Part shown: piece by piece, positions 1-12,400 of the stretch
Position numbering within the stretch: position 1 is the stretch's first letter
Layout of the letters: each line of letters begins with the position of its first letter
NCBI GenBank assembly: GCA_949358305.1
Contig: OX442314.1
Span: 16,120,001 to 16,184,000 of the forward strand
Direction: 5' to 3'
Source: Strigamia acuminata
Lineage: Eukaryota
DNA: 64,000 nucleotides
Notes under the pieces: model-generated
What the model saw: only the letters and a program-made list of their open reading frames with translations
Databases searched by the model: none
What the model was told of the DNA's origin: nothing
Program-made: the position numbers and the translations under genes

Positions 1-408
1 TTAATATAAAGCTCATGGAGCTTACGAACCTGTTTTGCATTTTCTAAAGTTTGATGGCAAATTGTGCGCTTAATTCGCGTTCTTGAGGGAGTCTGTCGTT
101 TTTGTTCGCCAGTGTGAGTTGGTGGTATGTAGAATAATTAAAAGTGTAAGTTTAACGAAAGAAAGCATTAGGGGATTCAAAAAAAAGAGAGAAAAACACG
201 CGTAGTAATAAAAAGCTGCCGACTGCAGTTTAAACTCTTACTGACGAAACCAGTTTTAGCAAAAAAGGGTTAAAATTAAAGGGAATTAGACATTTTTGGC
301 TTTTTTTGGGGGTTTTTCACTCGTTTTAACAAAATTGTACGGAATTAACGAAAATTAGGCCTAAATATATGTTTCGTAATCATTATTGTGTCTAATTTTA
401 TTTTCTAG

Positions 409-3400
409 GCGATTCAAACGAGGATCTCATTGCAGACAGAAAGATCTCGAAACGATACAAAAATCCGAGCGTTCTGCAGGACGATGATAAAGAAATGCTT
501 GATTTTTTGGATTTACTAATCGATCAAACAAACGACGTCTTTCCAGACGCTGCAGGCGATAAAAATGAAAGAATGGATAGCAGACACATACAGGTATAAA
601 TGAGATTGTCGAAAAACACTTTCTCCCTTCTTTGCAGCTGAAAATTGGAGATAACATTTACTTTTGTTGGGCAATGTAATACTAGAATGGTATCACGTGG
701 TGTGAACAAAAAAAAAACAATACAACTGTCTGCGAGGTTTTTATGTTTTTCGGGCTTGAATGTTTGCATTCGAATGGAATGTAGATAATTATTTTAATTT
801 ATTTTATGGATAGAGAGAATTTAATTTTCTGATTTGGTTTTTGTTGTTTTTTATGTATAATTTTTATTTTAATTATTTTTAAGGCTGTACCATCGCGCCA
901 GATATATAGCGATGTCTCTCCAGAAGAATTTGATCAATTGCAGGCACTTTTCTCAGCCTCTGCACCTGTGCAACCCTCTCAGGAATACTATGATGGAGAA
1001 GGAGGTAAGGGGATGAAAAAATAATCACATTTATAAAAATTTTATTTTGTAACAAACAAGACTTTTTTGTTTTTCTTTTATATTTAGGATATTGCTTGAG
1101 AATTATTATTATACATTTTTTATTTTTTTTATTTTTTATTTTTTTTATTAAAAGAAATAAAGAGCAGAAGTTCTTTGGTTGGATTTCTCTTTTTTTTTTT
1201 TTTTTTCTTTGGTTGAATTTCATTTGTAAATTGCAATTTAATTTTCAAATTGGAGCGAAAAATTTAGCACTTGCAATTTTTTTTTTGTCTGAATTCTGCG
1301 ATGAAATAAAAATCGTAGAATTGCTAGATTTCGAATTGTGATTTAATTTAAATTTTGTGACTGTTTTTCTTAATTTTAGAATGGATAGATGAAAGAGATT
1401 TACAACGCGATAATAAACCTTTGGATTTGGACGACTCGGAGGATTCTTTTCTCACTCAATCTGGTGGTGATGACGAGAACTATTGGAACAGTGGATTCAA
1501 GAGGCTTCATAGATACGATGTGAAAAAACCTGGTCCAAATTTTATGAATAATTTAGACGATTTTGACTCAACAGAGGTATAAAACAATTTACTCCAAAAA
1601 AAAATCGATATTAATATTCTAACGTCATTTATTTCGTTAGGCTGTTGTTAACGAACAACTGCAGCAAGCATCACTTTTTAAAGTTCTTGAAGATTTGTTG
1701 AACAACAAGACACGTGATATTGAAGCAATGAATGATCAAAAATTCACGGCTGATGGCATGAGTCACGAGAGTAGTGCCGAAGATGGAGAAAAGGAATACG
1801 AAACTCACGTTGCGCCCAAAAGTACTCAAGGAACACGTAAGCAAGTAAATAAAAAAACGTATAGTTAACTATTGATTCATTTTTTTTGTCCAGAAGAATA
1901 TGGAGAATCTTTAGAAACATCGAAGCGGAGGAACACCGCGAATGGAAGGACACCGAGCTTGTATGGAATTCATGTTAATCAAAAAGATTTGCCGGTTGAA
2001 GTCATTCGGGATTATGACGTAATTGATACGAGTTACGCTTACATCACTGTGGAAAATGAGTAAGCTTGCTTCACTTATTTGTTTACTTTTTTTTAAAAGA
2101 AAATGTGCAATTTTTTGCTTTTAAAGGTTTGGAAATTGGAAAAAGGGCGCCGAATTTGTGAGGAAATTGGAAAAACTATTACAGCTACCTGAAGATACAT
2201 TTTCAAATATTCGGTTTGTAACGGGTTTTTTAAAAAAAAATTGGTTGTACAATTTAATGATTGTTGCTTGTGTTTCTTTTAGTGTTGATGGGAGCCAAGT
2301 TACTTTTAAAGTGAATCAAAACCCTTACGGTGTAAATGGATCCGTTGTGGCCATGCAAGCAGGTAATCACTGCGAAAATTATCTCGTTTTTTAATCTCGT
2401 TTTTGGAAATTAGATAAACAGGTTGCGTTAACTGAATTTTATGTTCTCTGATTTAAAATATGCATTAGAGTAATTTGATTTGATTTGAATTGATTTGAAT
2501 TGTCAAATACCTGTCTGGAATGATGCGCATCAAAACGATTGAAGTTGTGCTCGTTTCGTCCACTTTAAATGACGGATCAGTTTGATTGAATTTCCGATAA
2601 AACAATAATGAATTTTGCATCATATGTAAACTGATTTTTTTTTTTCCTTTGTGGAAATTTGTAGCGAGATATTTCCTCTGGCGTGTAAACACGGTGAAAT
2701 GTGAAAGTTTAAAATCATCAGTTTCATTTAAAATATGTTTTAAATATTTTACCTGTTTACACAAAGTGGGCGAAATCAAAACCGTTCTCATTTTGTCATC
2801 GTAACAGTAATTTTAAGTTTCAGCGATAGATGGCGTTATTCAATTGAAATTGAGATATCGTTCTTGATATTTACCTTTAAATACGATTTATTTACGGGTA
2901 ATTTCTTCGTTTTTTTTTAGAATCTTTGAAGAATGAACTGCTTGACTCCACTGGAAAAAAGATCGTGTCTACTGGAATAGGGAACCAGGTAAGAGCTTTT
3001 AACCTACTTTACCGGTATATAATTAGCTGACATATTTATGTTATATACTGTCACCTCCTTGGTTACTCTTGTCGTTCCGATTGTCTATTAAATATTTATA
3101 TTGTTTACAAGAGAAACACGACTCAACTTTTCGAGTTATTTGGCTTAAAAGTGCGAGATTGCATCTTTTCATTCGATTTTTTTGTTGTTGTTGGATTTAT
3201 CACTTTCACTACCATTAAATTTGACCGAACTTTTAAGACAGCCAATAAAATAAATAGCAAAAACTTGTGACACTTAGACAAATTGCACTTGTTTGGAGAG
3301 TTTTAAAGAAAATTGGTAAGTTGCACCCTGGTTCAATAAGATCGTAGATATTGGTGGCTCAGTCGCTTTATGGGCATTGTGTTTTGAAACCTGAAAGTGG

Positions 3401-6400
3401 GGTCAACACTTGGAGACATCATCGAGCAAACATAATACATTCCAATTGAAAAGCTGAAACGTGCAGTTTATTTATTAATTTTAGAATTTTAATAACGTCA
3501 ACTAGAATGGGAAGTGAATTTTGTTGCTTTAAAAGAGAGGCGGAACTTGTAAGTTGTTAATTTGAAGAGAAGGAGAAAAAATTGTGTTTCTGTAAAATAT
3601 TCAGTCTTTTCTAAACCAATTCCCAAAGGGATTTGGGGATGAAGGTAACGTAGCAACAGTGAATTGATCGTGAGGCATTTTAATATACTGCTTCTGGCAT
3701 GTGTGTTTGTATTTAAAAGAAAAGTTTATATTTTGTTTGTTCAACGGAAAACAAGAAATTGCAATTAAATTAGACCTGCAGGCCGTGATATCTAAACTAC
3801 TAGAGATAGCCAATTGATTTTACTTCTATTTATCCAACTCGATTTGTTAGTTTGCTTTCTATTATCGTCACAATGGCGGAAAAGGATAAATTTTTTAGTA
3901 GGGTTAGCTAGTTCTGCTGGATAACAGCGAACGAAAAAAAGCTAGTTCTGTTTTACTGGTGTAATGATAGGTTTAAATAAAGATAAAGTAGTTGGTAAAT
4001 AATGGATAGTTGCGACTGACTTTGGAGGGTCGAAGAGTGGCTGCGCGTGCGACTGAGCGAACATGAAATTTGACGATTTTCAGCCAGACGATGGTATAAA
4101 TATAAAGGCGAACAGTTCTTGCTCCGTTCGTCAATTCGTGTAGTAGGTGTTTGTGTTTTTGTTTGTGAAACACAAACATTTGAAATGTCTTGCTGTTATT
4201 TTAGCAAAAGACTGCAAGTGTTTGGGGAGTCTGTAGTAGCCATTTTGTTGTCGCTGCACTTAATTTCCATTATTTTCAAGAAAAATACAAAGGATTACGA
4301 GTGAAAATAGATTTTCTTTTTAACAAAAAAACTGGCAGACGAAAACAAATCAGATGAGACACGAAAATAAAGATAAATTATTTAAAGAAAACACTTTAAA
4401 ACATTTTTTTGAATGTCGATGTTGTTGAGGGTTGCGGCTCTGCATTTGACTGCCGGGGTCGTGATGCTTCATGGTACGTCATCTCTTCTATTCGGGGCTA
4501 AAGATACCTCACATACTTGTTAGTCTGTTTATTTGTTTATTTATTTTGGATTTATCTTGAGGCAGTATTGGGTCCGCGTAGCTAGGTCAGCCACTAAACG
4601 TCACCCACTAAACATAGGTTTTTAAACTCTTGTTTACAAATGAAGTACAAACTCCAATTGGTTACTGATTTCTTGCAGCTGTTGTATGTCGAATTTTTTA
4701 TTTTAAGTACAATTATCGTGTTAAAAATTTAATATGAATCTGGTAAACTATGTGATGTACTGTAATAGGAATTTAAAGGCGTATGACTAATTGAATTTAT
4801 AATATAAAACAAGTCGCTCGCACAGTTTTATTTGATGTGAAAATACATAATTCATATTGCAACCCATGGGCGGTACTGCCCATGTCCGAGAAGCAGAAAT
4901 GTGATGCAAATATTTGAGTTTTTCTATTACGACGCTTCCGCATAGCCTTAAAATGCTATCGGTAAATATATTGACCCTTTTCTTAAGCAATTGGCAACTT
5001 AGATTGTCAAATAAATGTGGTGTATATCACATTTAAATTTGTTCCACAAAGGATTTAAAGGAAATATTACTTAAGTATTGCCATAATCAGAATTTGTGCA
5101 GCACTGCATGGTGGTTATTACATGAATATGTGATAATATGAGCAATTATTATAATTAGTCTTTAGGGTAATGAGTTTATACACGAATTTTTGTAAACCAA
5201 ATTAAATTAACCAGACCTGGTTCGTTGCTTGAATAAAGTTTGTTCATTTTCTGATGGAGTAAGCTCATGGAAATGAATAAATTTCAGCAGATTCTGTGTT
5301 GGAACAGGACAAAATATGAAGATACAAAACATTATTGACATAATTGAACTGGTTTTGGCTTTTATAACTGTATTACAAACACCGCTTAATAGTCTTAATT
5401 GCATTTCAATGTTTTATTGCATAATTAAAGGACGAGGTTTTGCTTAGTCGGACTGATTCTGAAGAGTAAACAATGAAAGTTGTTGCTTGGGGTGCTGTTA
5501 TCGTTTGCGGTTTACCATTTCAGACTTCTTCGACTTGTTGCCAACTTCAACAACGTAATTTTATCTCGGAAGGTTAACCTTTTGTATTTTTCGAGTCTAT
5601 CAGACTAGGGGCGTGCTTATAACTGAGAAAACAGCTCTTGCAATTCGAGAAATACGGTATTTGACGAGTGATTATGTTCCAAATCCTGTTGATCTACTTT
5701 GATTTGAGTAGTTTGCGATATTTTCCGTCGCGCAGTTTTGTCTACCGTTGTGAGCTAATTAAATTGCCGTACTGATCAACATTTTGTGCGGACTTGCAAA
5801 TGTCGGAATCTGTACAGCTTCCTGCTTGCAAGACACTTCCTCATTACCGCCATTGCCCTCTCGAGTTTTAATAAAGAAGCTGTGAGTGCTTCGTTTTCAT
5901 CGTGGATTAGTCAGGATTCGGTTGTCTAGCAACTGCCTAGTGCACTTAATTAATAAGATCTTGTAATTAGCTAAGCATATGCACAAGTCTTTGACGATTA
6001 AAATTAGCAGCTTATAAAGTGCACATGGTAACTATAATCCGAACATGTTGCGATTAACATTGTATTTTTCTTCTTTCTAACATACCTAATTGTTTTGTTT
6101 ATGGGATGGATTCAATTGCGGTCACAATGGGAACCACTGTGAGCGCAGCAACTGGCGCGTAGCGTAGCGTCCCGGAGCATAGCGATAACCTTCAGTTACC
6201 GGTAATCGCCGTTGTTTTTGCATGTCATGGAAACGCAAATGACCATAGTGATGGATATTTATAAAATCAGCACTTAGCAGTGATTGGAACGAATGTTTCC
6301 GTGTTGTTTGATGATGAACGCAGACCACCACTGAGCTTACCCGAATCTTTGACTTTTTTTTTAACTGTACGCGCAAATAAACAGTATTTATTGTACAGGA

Positions 6401-9400
6401 GTACATATTGGCAGTTGTTTGCTTTGGTAAGTTAATTGTTGGTTGTCCATACCCCCGAATGCTAAATTAGAAAATACATGGAAATATGCTTTGCAAACTC
6501 AATAATGTTAATAATCAGTAAATGTAATCAGCAACGATATGCAAATATCCAAATTTGAAGAGTTGTGCGCATCTTGGTTTCGATTACTGTTATTGAGATG
6601 TTTACCAGTTGTAAATACGTTGTTATTGATTAGCTGCACTCTGCAAACTTTGCTTTTTTCAATATCTTGTCACACGTGGCCAATGTTACATGTATTATTA
6701 GTCATTATTGGGTATATGCAGTAACCTAAATATGAAATCCTGGTCTTTGAGATATGAATTAGGCTTAATTCGTCCAAACATGGTCATCTGGTGGCGATCT
6801 GAAAAAGTGTTTTCTTTAAATTATGGATGTATTTGTAAACATTAGTACAAGTATTTTGTTAGTGTGACTCGTGTTTGTTGGACAAACAAGACAAATCTTG
6901 TTTAGGCAGATGGAATAGTAAGTTGGGTTTGCAATGCCACTAACGTATCCTCCAATGAATAAACTCTCCGCATGTTTTAAAGTTTCCATGTCAACCGTTT
7001 TTGATCAGTTGATAGGCATCGAATTGAATTTGATATGAATAAATCGATGTCGGGTTTTTAAGAAAAATGTTACGAGATAAATGGTATGTATCGACAGGCA
7101 TCTGTTTGTCTGCATCGTAGCAACAGTTGTTATTTTGGGTAATTATCTAATATCTACTTCGCAACGATGCATACCATTTTGCTCGCAGTTACCTGAGGGA
7201 AAAAAAAATTTAATTTGAGTCATGGAGATGTTGGTTTTATCATTTATCATTTATAGATGTATATTTATTTTTGTAAAAAGAAAAACGGGAAAGGATTTGA
7301 TGGTATATGACTAAGATTATTGTCTTCTAATCTGCAATGCTTGTTGTCTAGACATCTTTGAGAAAAAAATCGATACTGCCTTTTCTAAGAAGCGTTCCTT
7401 GGCAGGTACCACGAGCAAGTTTGAAAATAATTATTAATTTTCGAGGGTATGTCTGGTTTAGTTGGTAGCAATAATTGATAATCTTAAATGAGAGATATTT
7501 GGGGGGGTTTTTGATCATTTTGATTTGACAGAGACCAAAAATGGTGTCCGTTATTGAACAATTGCATTTGGTGGGATCAAAAACTGTCAGTAAATTCAGT
7601 TATGGAATGAAATAAAGTTTGAGCAGAATAATTAAATTTACTTTAGTTGGAAACATTCGACAGAGCTAGATAATCTTCAGATTTACAATTTTTTACTTTA
7701 TATAAGTGCAGAAATGCTGCATTTTAATTCTTTTAAAAATATATAATAATGTGCAGCATATGTCAATATTTTGTTCTGTTTAAATTTTATGAAAATTTTC
7801 AATCAAAATTTCTGAAAGGTTAAAGTGTACTCTTAAGATTATGGAGCATTTAGTCCGGGATAATTTGAGTTTTTTTTTTAAGGTTAAAGAGAACCTTTGC
7901 TTACAAAAGGTCAAGTGCAATGCAATGAATGTTAATCTTGCTCCCAATTAGGCAAGACGACTAGATTTATTTGAAAAACTTCAAAAATGCCCGTAATTTT
8001 TTTTTTGTGTTTTCTTGATGTCAGATTAAATAAAGAAACATGGAAATGTTTGTATTTATTTATTTATTTTTGACAACACCTGTAGGTCTGCGACTGGAAT
8101 CGTGATATCAAATTCAAACCGAATTCTTCTTGCACACGCGTGTAACATTTAGAATTCATTATTCAAAACAGCATCAGTATAAATAGTTCTGCTAAAACAA
8201 GGGCGTGAAAAGCACAGAAAAGAATTTATCCTTCAGAAAAATATATATGAGAATATTTAAATTTTACATATAATAGTTACAATATAAAAAAAAATAAATA
8301 TAAAATTGTAAGAGTGGCAAACACTTGACGTTTTGGCCCACATGTAATTTACAAAGTTGGATGTGGTCTTTACTATGCTGAAATTAAACGTTACGAACGG
8401 TTTGCCAAAAAAATTAATTAAAACAGGCAGCTGCTATTTGCTTTGCTGCACGCCTTCAGCGCCATAATACATGAATGTGCAGAGCGGGATGCGCTGTGTG
8501 AATTTAGCATCAAAGTTCTGGGTGCAGGCTGCAATAAAAAGATCACTATTTACCGAAAGCGATGATTTTTGTCTGCTGTATTATTTGCGCAGCAGTGAAA
8601 AAAGGTTTTGTTGACGGTGTGATGCATCATGGAGCCATGAGTGATGTCACCAGGTCGAGGGTCTAGTTTTTTCCTCCCTATCCGTCCATTATTAAACATG
8701 GCGGACTCATGAATATCAAAAGTTAAGAATTTGGCAGAGATTCCATGATACATCGCCAAAAATGTCCCCAAAAAAATGAATGAATTTTTAAATCGGTAAA
8801 TAAGGGCAGTTGATCTTTAAATTAAAACAAACAAGGATGAGTTTTGCAATTGACTGCTCTTTCGTCTGATTTTCTTGTTATGCGCATACATTATTTCCCC
8901 CATACATTAGAGGAGGGTACCTTTATTTTGCAATTATAGACTTTAATATTGCAAGCCTAATTAGTTTAAGTAGGTTACTTAGAGAAGATTCCCGGCATTA
9001 ATGAGAGATTTGTTTTTATCGTTGTATTGTTTTTAAAATTTAAAATTAGTTTTGAGTTAATGATGAAAATTCTCGAGAGTGGAGCAGATTTCACTTCCTT
9101 TTGGGAAATTTGGTCTGGTGTTGGGGTTGGTGTTGTGCGGCACAAACCAAGGGCAATTGGGCCACAAGGACTTGAGCTTTCTCGTCACGTTGATTGCTGA
9201 TTGCCCATTATTTATCTATTAAATATCACTAAACATGGGACAGTAGGTCTCTGGCTCGAACGAGTAAATGGTTTAAATTCGTTTCTTTTCAAATTGGAAG
9301 CACAAAAGTTGTATTTACAACAAAAAAAGTACTTATTTTGCATTTTAACATGTGCCGTATAACATTTGCATTGCTCAGGGGTGATCAATAAGCTGTCAAA

Positions 9401-12400
9401 AACAGGTATAACTTGAGGATACCTATTCACTCGAAATTTGTTGTTATTGTCTTTTTTTTGGAAAATAAATAAAGCAAATCGACAGGAAAATTGTTTTTGT
9501 TTTTAATTTGAATTTTATATAAATTTATATATGTATAAATAAAAATATTCTATCCTGGAAATGGGGCTTGGATTATTTTTATTTTTCTTGCGATTTTTTT
9601 GCGATTTTTTTTTTTTAGCTATGTACGATTTAATTGCCATTACAGAGGCTTTTATAAGAAATTAAATAAACACGACTTACTAAATGTTTTTGCCAATTTT
9701 CTAGTTAGCTCTGAGAGATGAAAGGGGAAAGATGGTGGATTGGGGTTAGCTAGAATCGTGCTATCACTATGGTTACGAGTTTCCGCTTCATCCAAGAGCA
9801 CATCTGGTTGCTTAGCAATAAGTGTAGTGGCCCAACGTAGGATCAGATATCGAATGTGTTGCACAATTATTTTCTTAGTATAGATTCTATAATGCATTAA
9901 CCAAATGTATTTATTTTAAATTTTTTACCTGTGAAGTAAAATGTCAATAAAATGATTTTAAAAATAGAAGGAAATTGAACCGTAAAATGAAATGTATTGC
10001 TTTAACATGTGCTAAACTGTAATAAATTTATTAATGCTATTTTGAGGTGAGTTTAGTGCCTTTATCTGGCATGTTACACTTTAAGTTGGATGGCTTTGTT
10101 TAGAAACGTTATGACAAGCTTTATGTCTATTCTCATCACTTATCTCCCAAGTGTCCTCCCTCTCTTATTGATCATTAAACTGTGTGAGGTACCTATTTGA
10201 AACTAAGCTTAATGTTGTTTTGAGAAAGTGCTTGAATCAATGGAGCACGTATTGACAAAATTATGATTTTGAATCGTGATCTGAAAAAGAGATATAGATA
10301 TAGATGGTGAGTCAGATTATTTTATTTTATTATTTTATTGCGAGTGTGGGTCTGGTTTATTAGGGAGGTAATTTATGAAACTGGACTTTAGTTGACTTAT
10401 TAGGATTTGATGAAATGAGATAGAGCTGAGTTTGCCTAATACGCCACGCAAGAATAGGCCTAAAGGGAAAATAGCGAAAGTGCAGTGACTCATTTATTTA
10501 CATAGATTTGGTTAGATAGTGTGATGAAGAGGTTTAGGTTTTAGCATCTGGTGTCTCTCATTGGCTAATGAGAATCCATGCGTTGTCAGGCAGAAGGTGG
10601 GGAAAACAAAAGTAGGTAAATGAGTGGGTTTACCTAGGAAAGTTTACTAATTGAAATTGAATTTGATAAACAAAAGTTGTTGATTACGAATTCAACATTT
10701 TTTAAGATCATTTTTGTTAAAAGATGTGTTTATAAATATTTATGGGTTGAATATTTTAGAAAAAAAAAATCTGTTTGGATTTTTAATGATGATAATGTAT
10801 TTATAAGTTATACTTTTTATTACTTTTTTATTTTTTTATTATTATTAAGTGTGTGTGCTGACATGTGTATGGTTGTTTACTTACCTTTGTGCAATCCTGA
10901 GCGGAAATTAATAGCAAGAAAAACTTTGAAGGGCTTCTCAATATCATTTCTACGACGTCTTTAACAAATATGTTTGGTAGTTTTTAAAAACTGCTTGCAA
11001 TATTTTAATGGCTGCTACAATAAATAAAAATTTAATAGAATTAAGAGGTATGAATATTCTTTTAGAATGTAATTTGGTTTTACGTTTAAATTTAAAATAG
11101 TATATACCATGTTGTGGAATATATTAGTACCCGAGTAAAATATTTCAGACTTGTTTTCTTCTGGAAGAGTTAAAGATAAATAAAACTAAAGTTGAATGAA
11201 ATCCAAGTTAAATAAGAAGATAATACTATTTCATTAGTTTCGATCTATAAAGAATAAAGATTAATGTCAACATGGCCAGTCGATCTTTTTCATTTTTTTT
11301 TACTGCTAAGAAAACAAGTCTTTAAAGGGGAATGCAATTTCTTAATGTCGTGTATTGTCTTTTCAAAAGAAGGGAAAGTAAATAGCCACTTTAGATAAAT
11401 TAAAAATATTTTTTTTTAAAGAAATAGACGAGTTTATGATAAGCAGGAACGTAGGAATTTTCAAGAGAAGTTTAAATCTTGCTTTTGAATATTTAATGTA
11501 AATAATGGTAATGTTTACCGAATTATCATTGATTCGTTAAAAATTCATGATCTGAATTGCATGTTTTACTTTGGTCATAAATTTTATATAGAATTGGTCA
11601 GCACTGTCAAGAGGGAGGTTAAATATAATTTTATAACGGGTTAGTGAATTTATTGTGTCTATTTTGTATGAGTATCATTACAAATCCATATTCAGTTGTG
11701 GGACAAAGCTTCGGGCAACGTCTCGTTACTATAGTTACGAGTCTAGAAACATTTCAATCAGTTTGTAAAGTACCTAAGATATCGAACAAACATTTTAATA
11801 GGGTTTGTTTTGTTGAAATATTTGTATTTACTGTACTTTACTTTTGTTATTAATTTTGTTTGCCATGAGAATTTCACGAAAAAAATCTATACAAGTGAGA
11901 AGCATAAGTTTGGAAACTTGGCTGAATTCAAAAATTTGAGTTTAGTTAGTTTGTGATTATGAGAAAACAAACAATCAATGGATATTAAGCTTATAACATT
12001 TTATTAATGTAGCATAGAGCTTTCCAAAAATCTAAATGTTTTCAAAAAAATCAAATAAATAACATAAATATGTTGAATTGCATTCACCCCCTGGTGAAGC
12101 AGAAGTCTGGAAACTCGCTCCATCTGTTGCATAAGTTTAGAAACTTCCGTGATTTCCCTTGTAAACTCATTTGCATAATTTCACAAAAGCAAGAAAACAG
12201 TTGTTTTTGATGCAGCTAACATCTCTAGTGTGATAATGGGCAAAGCACCATAGTTGAGTATGGATGAAAAGCGAATTGCCATGAATATGCGTGCAAAGAA
12301 GAAAACATTGGCTGAAATTGCTGACCACCTTCAAATATCTACATCATGCGTGTGTAAATGTTTGAAACGAATTCAAGATGATGGTGGACAGATAAAACCA

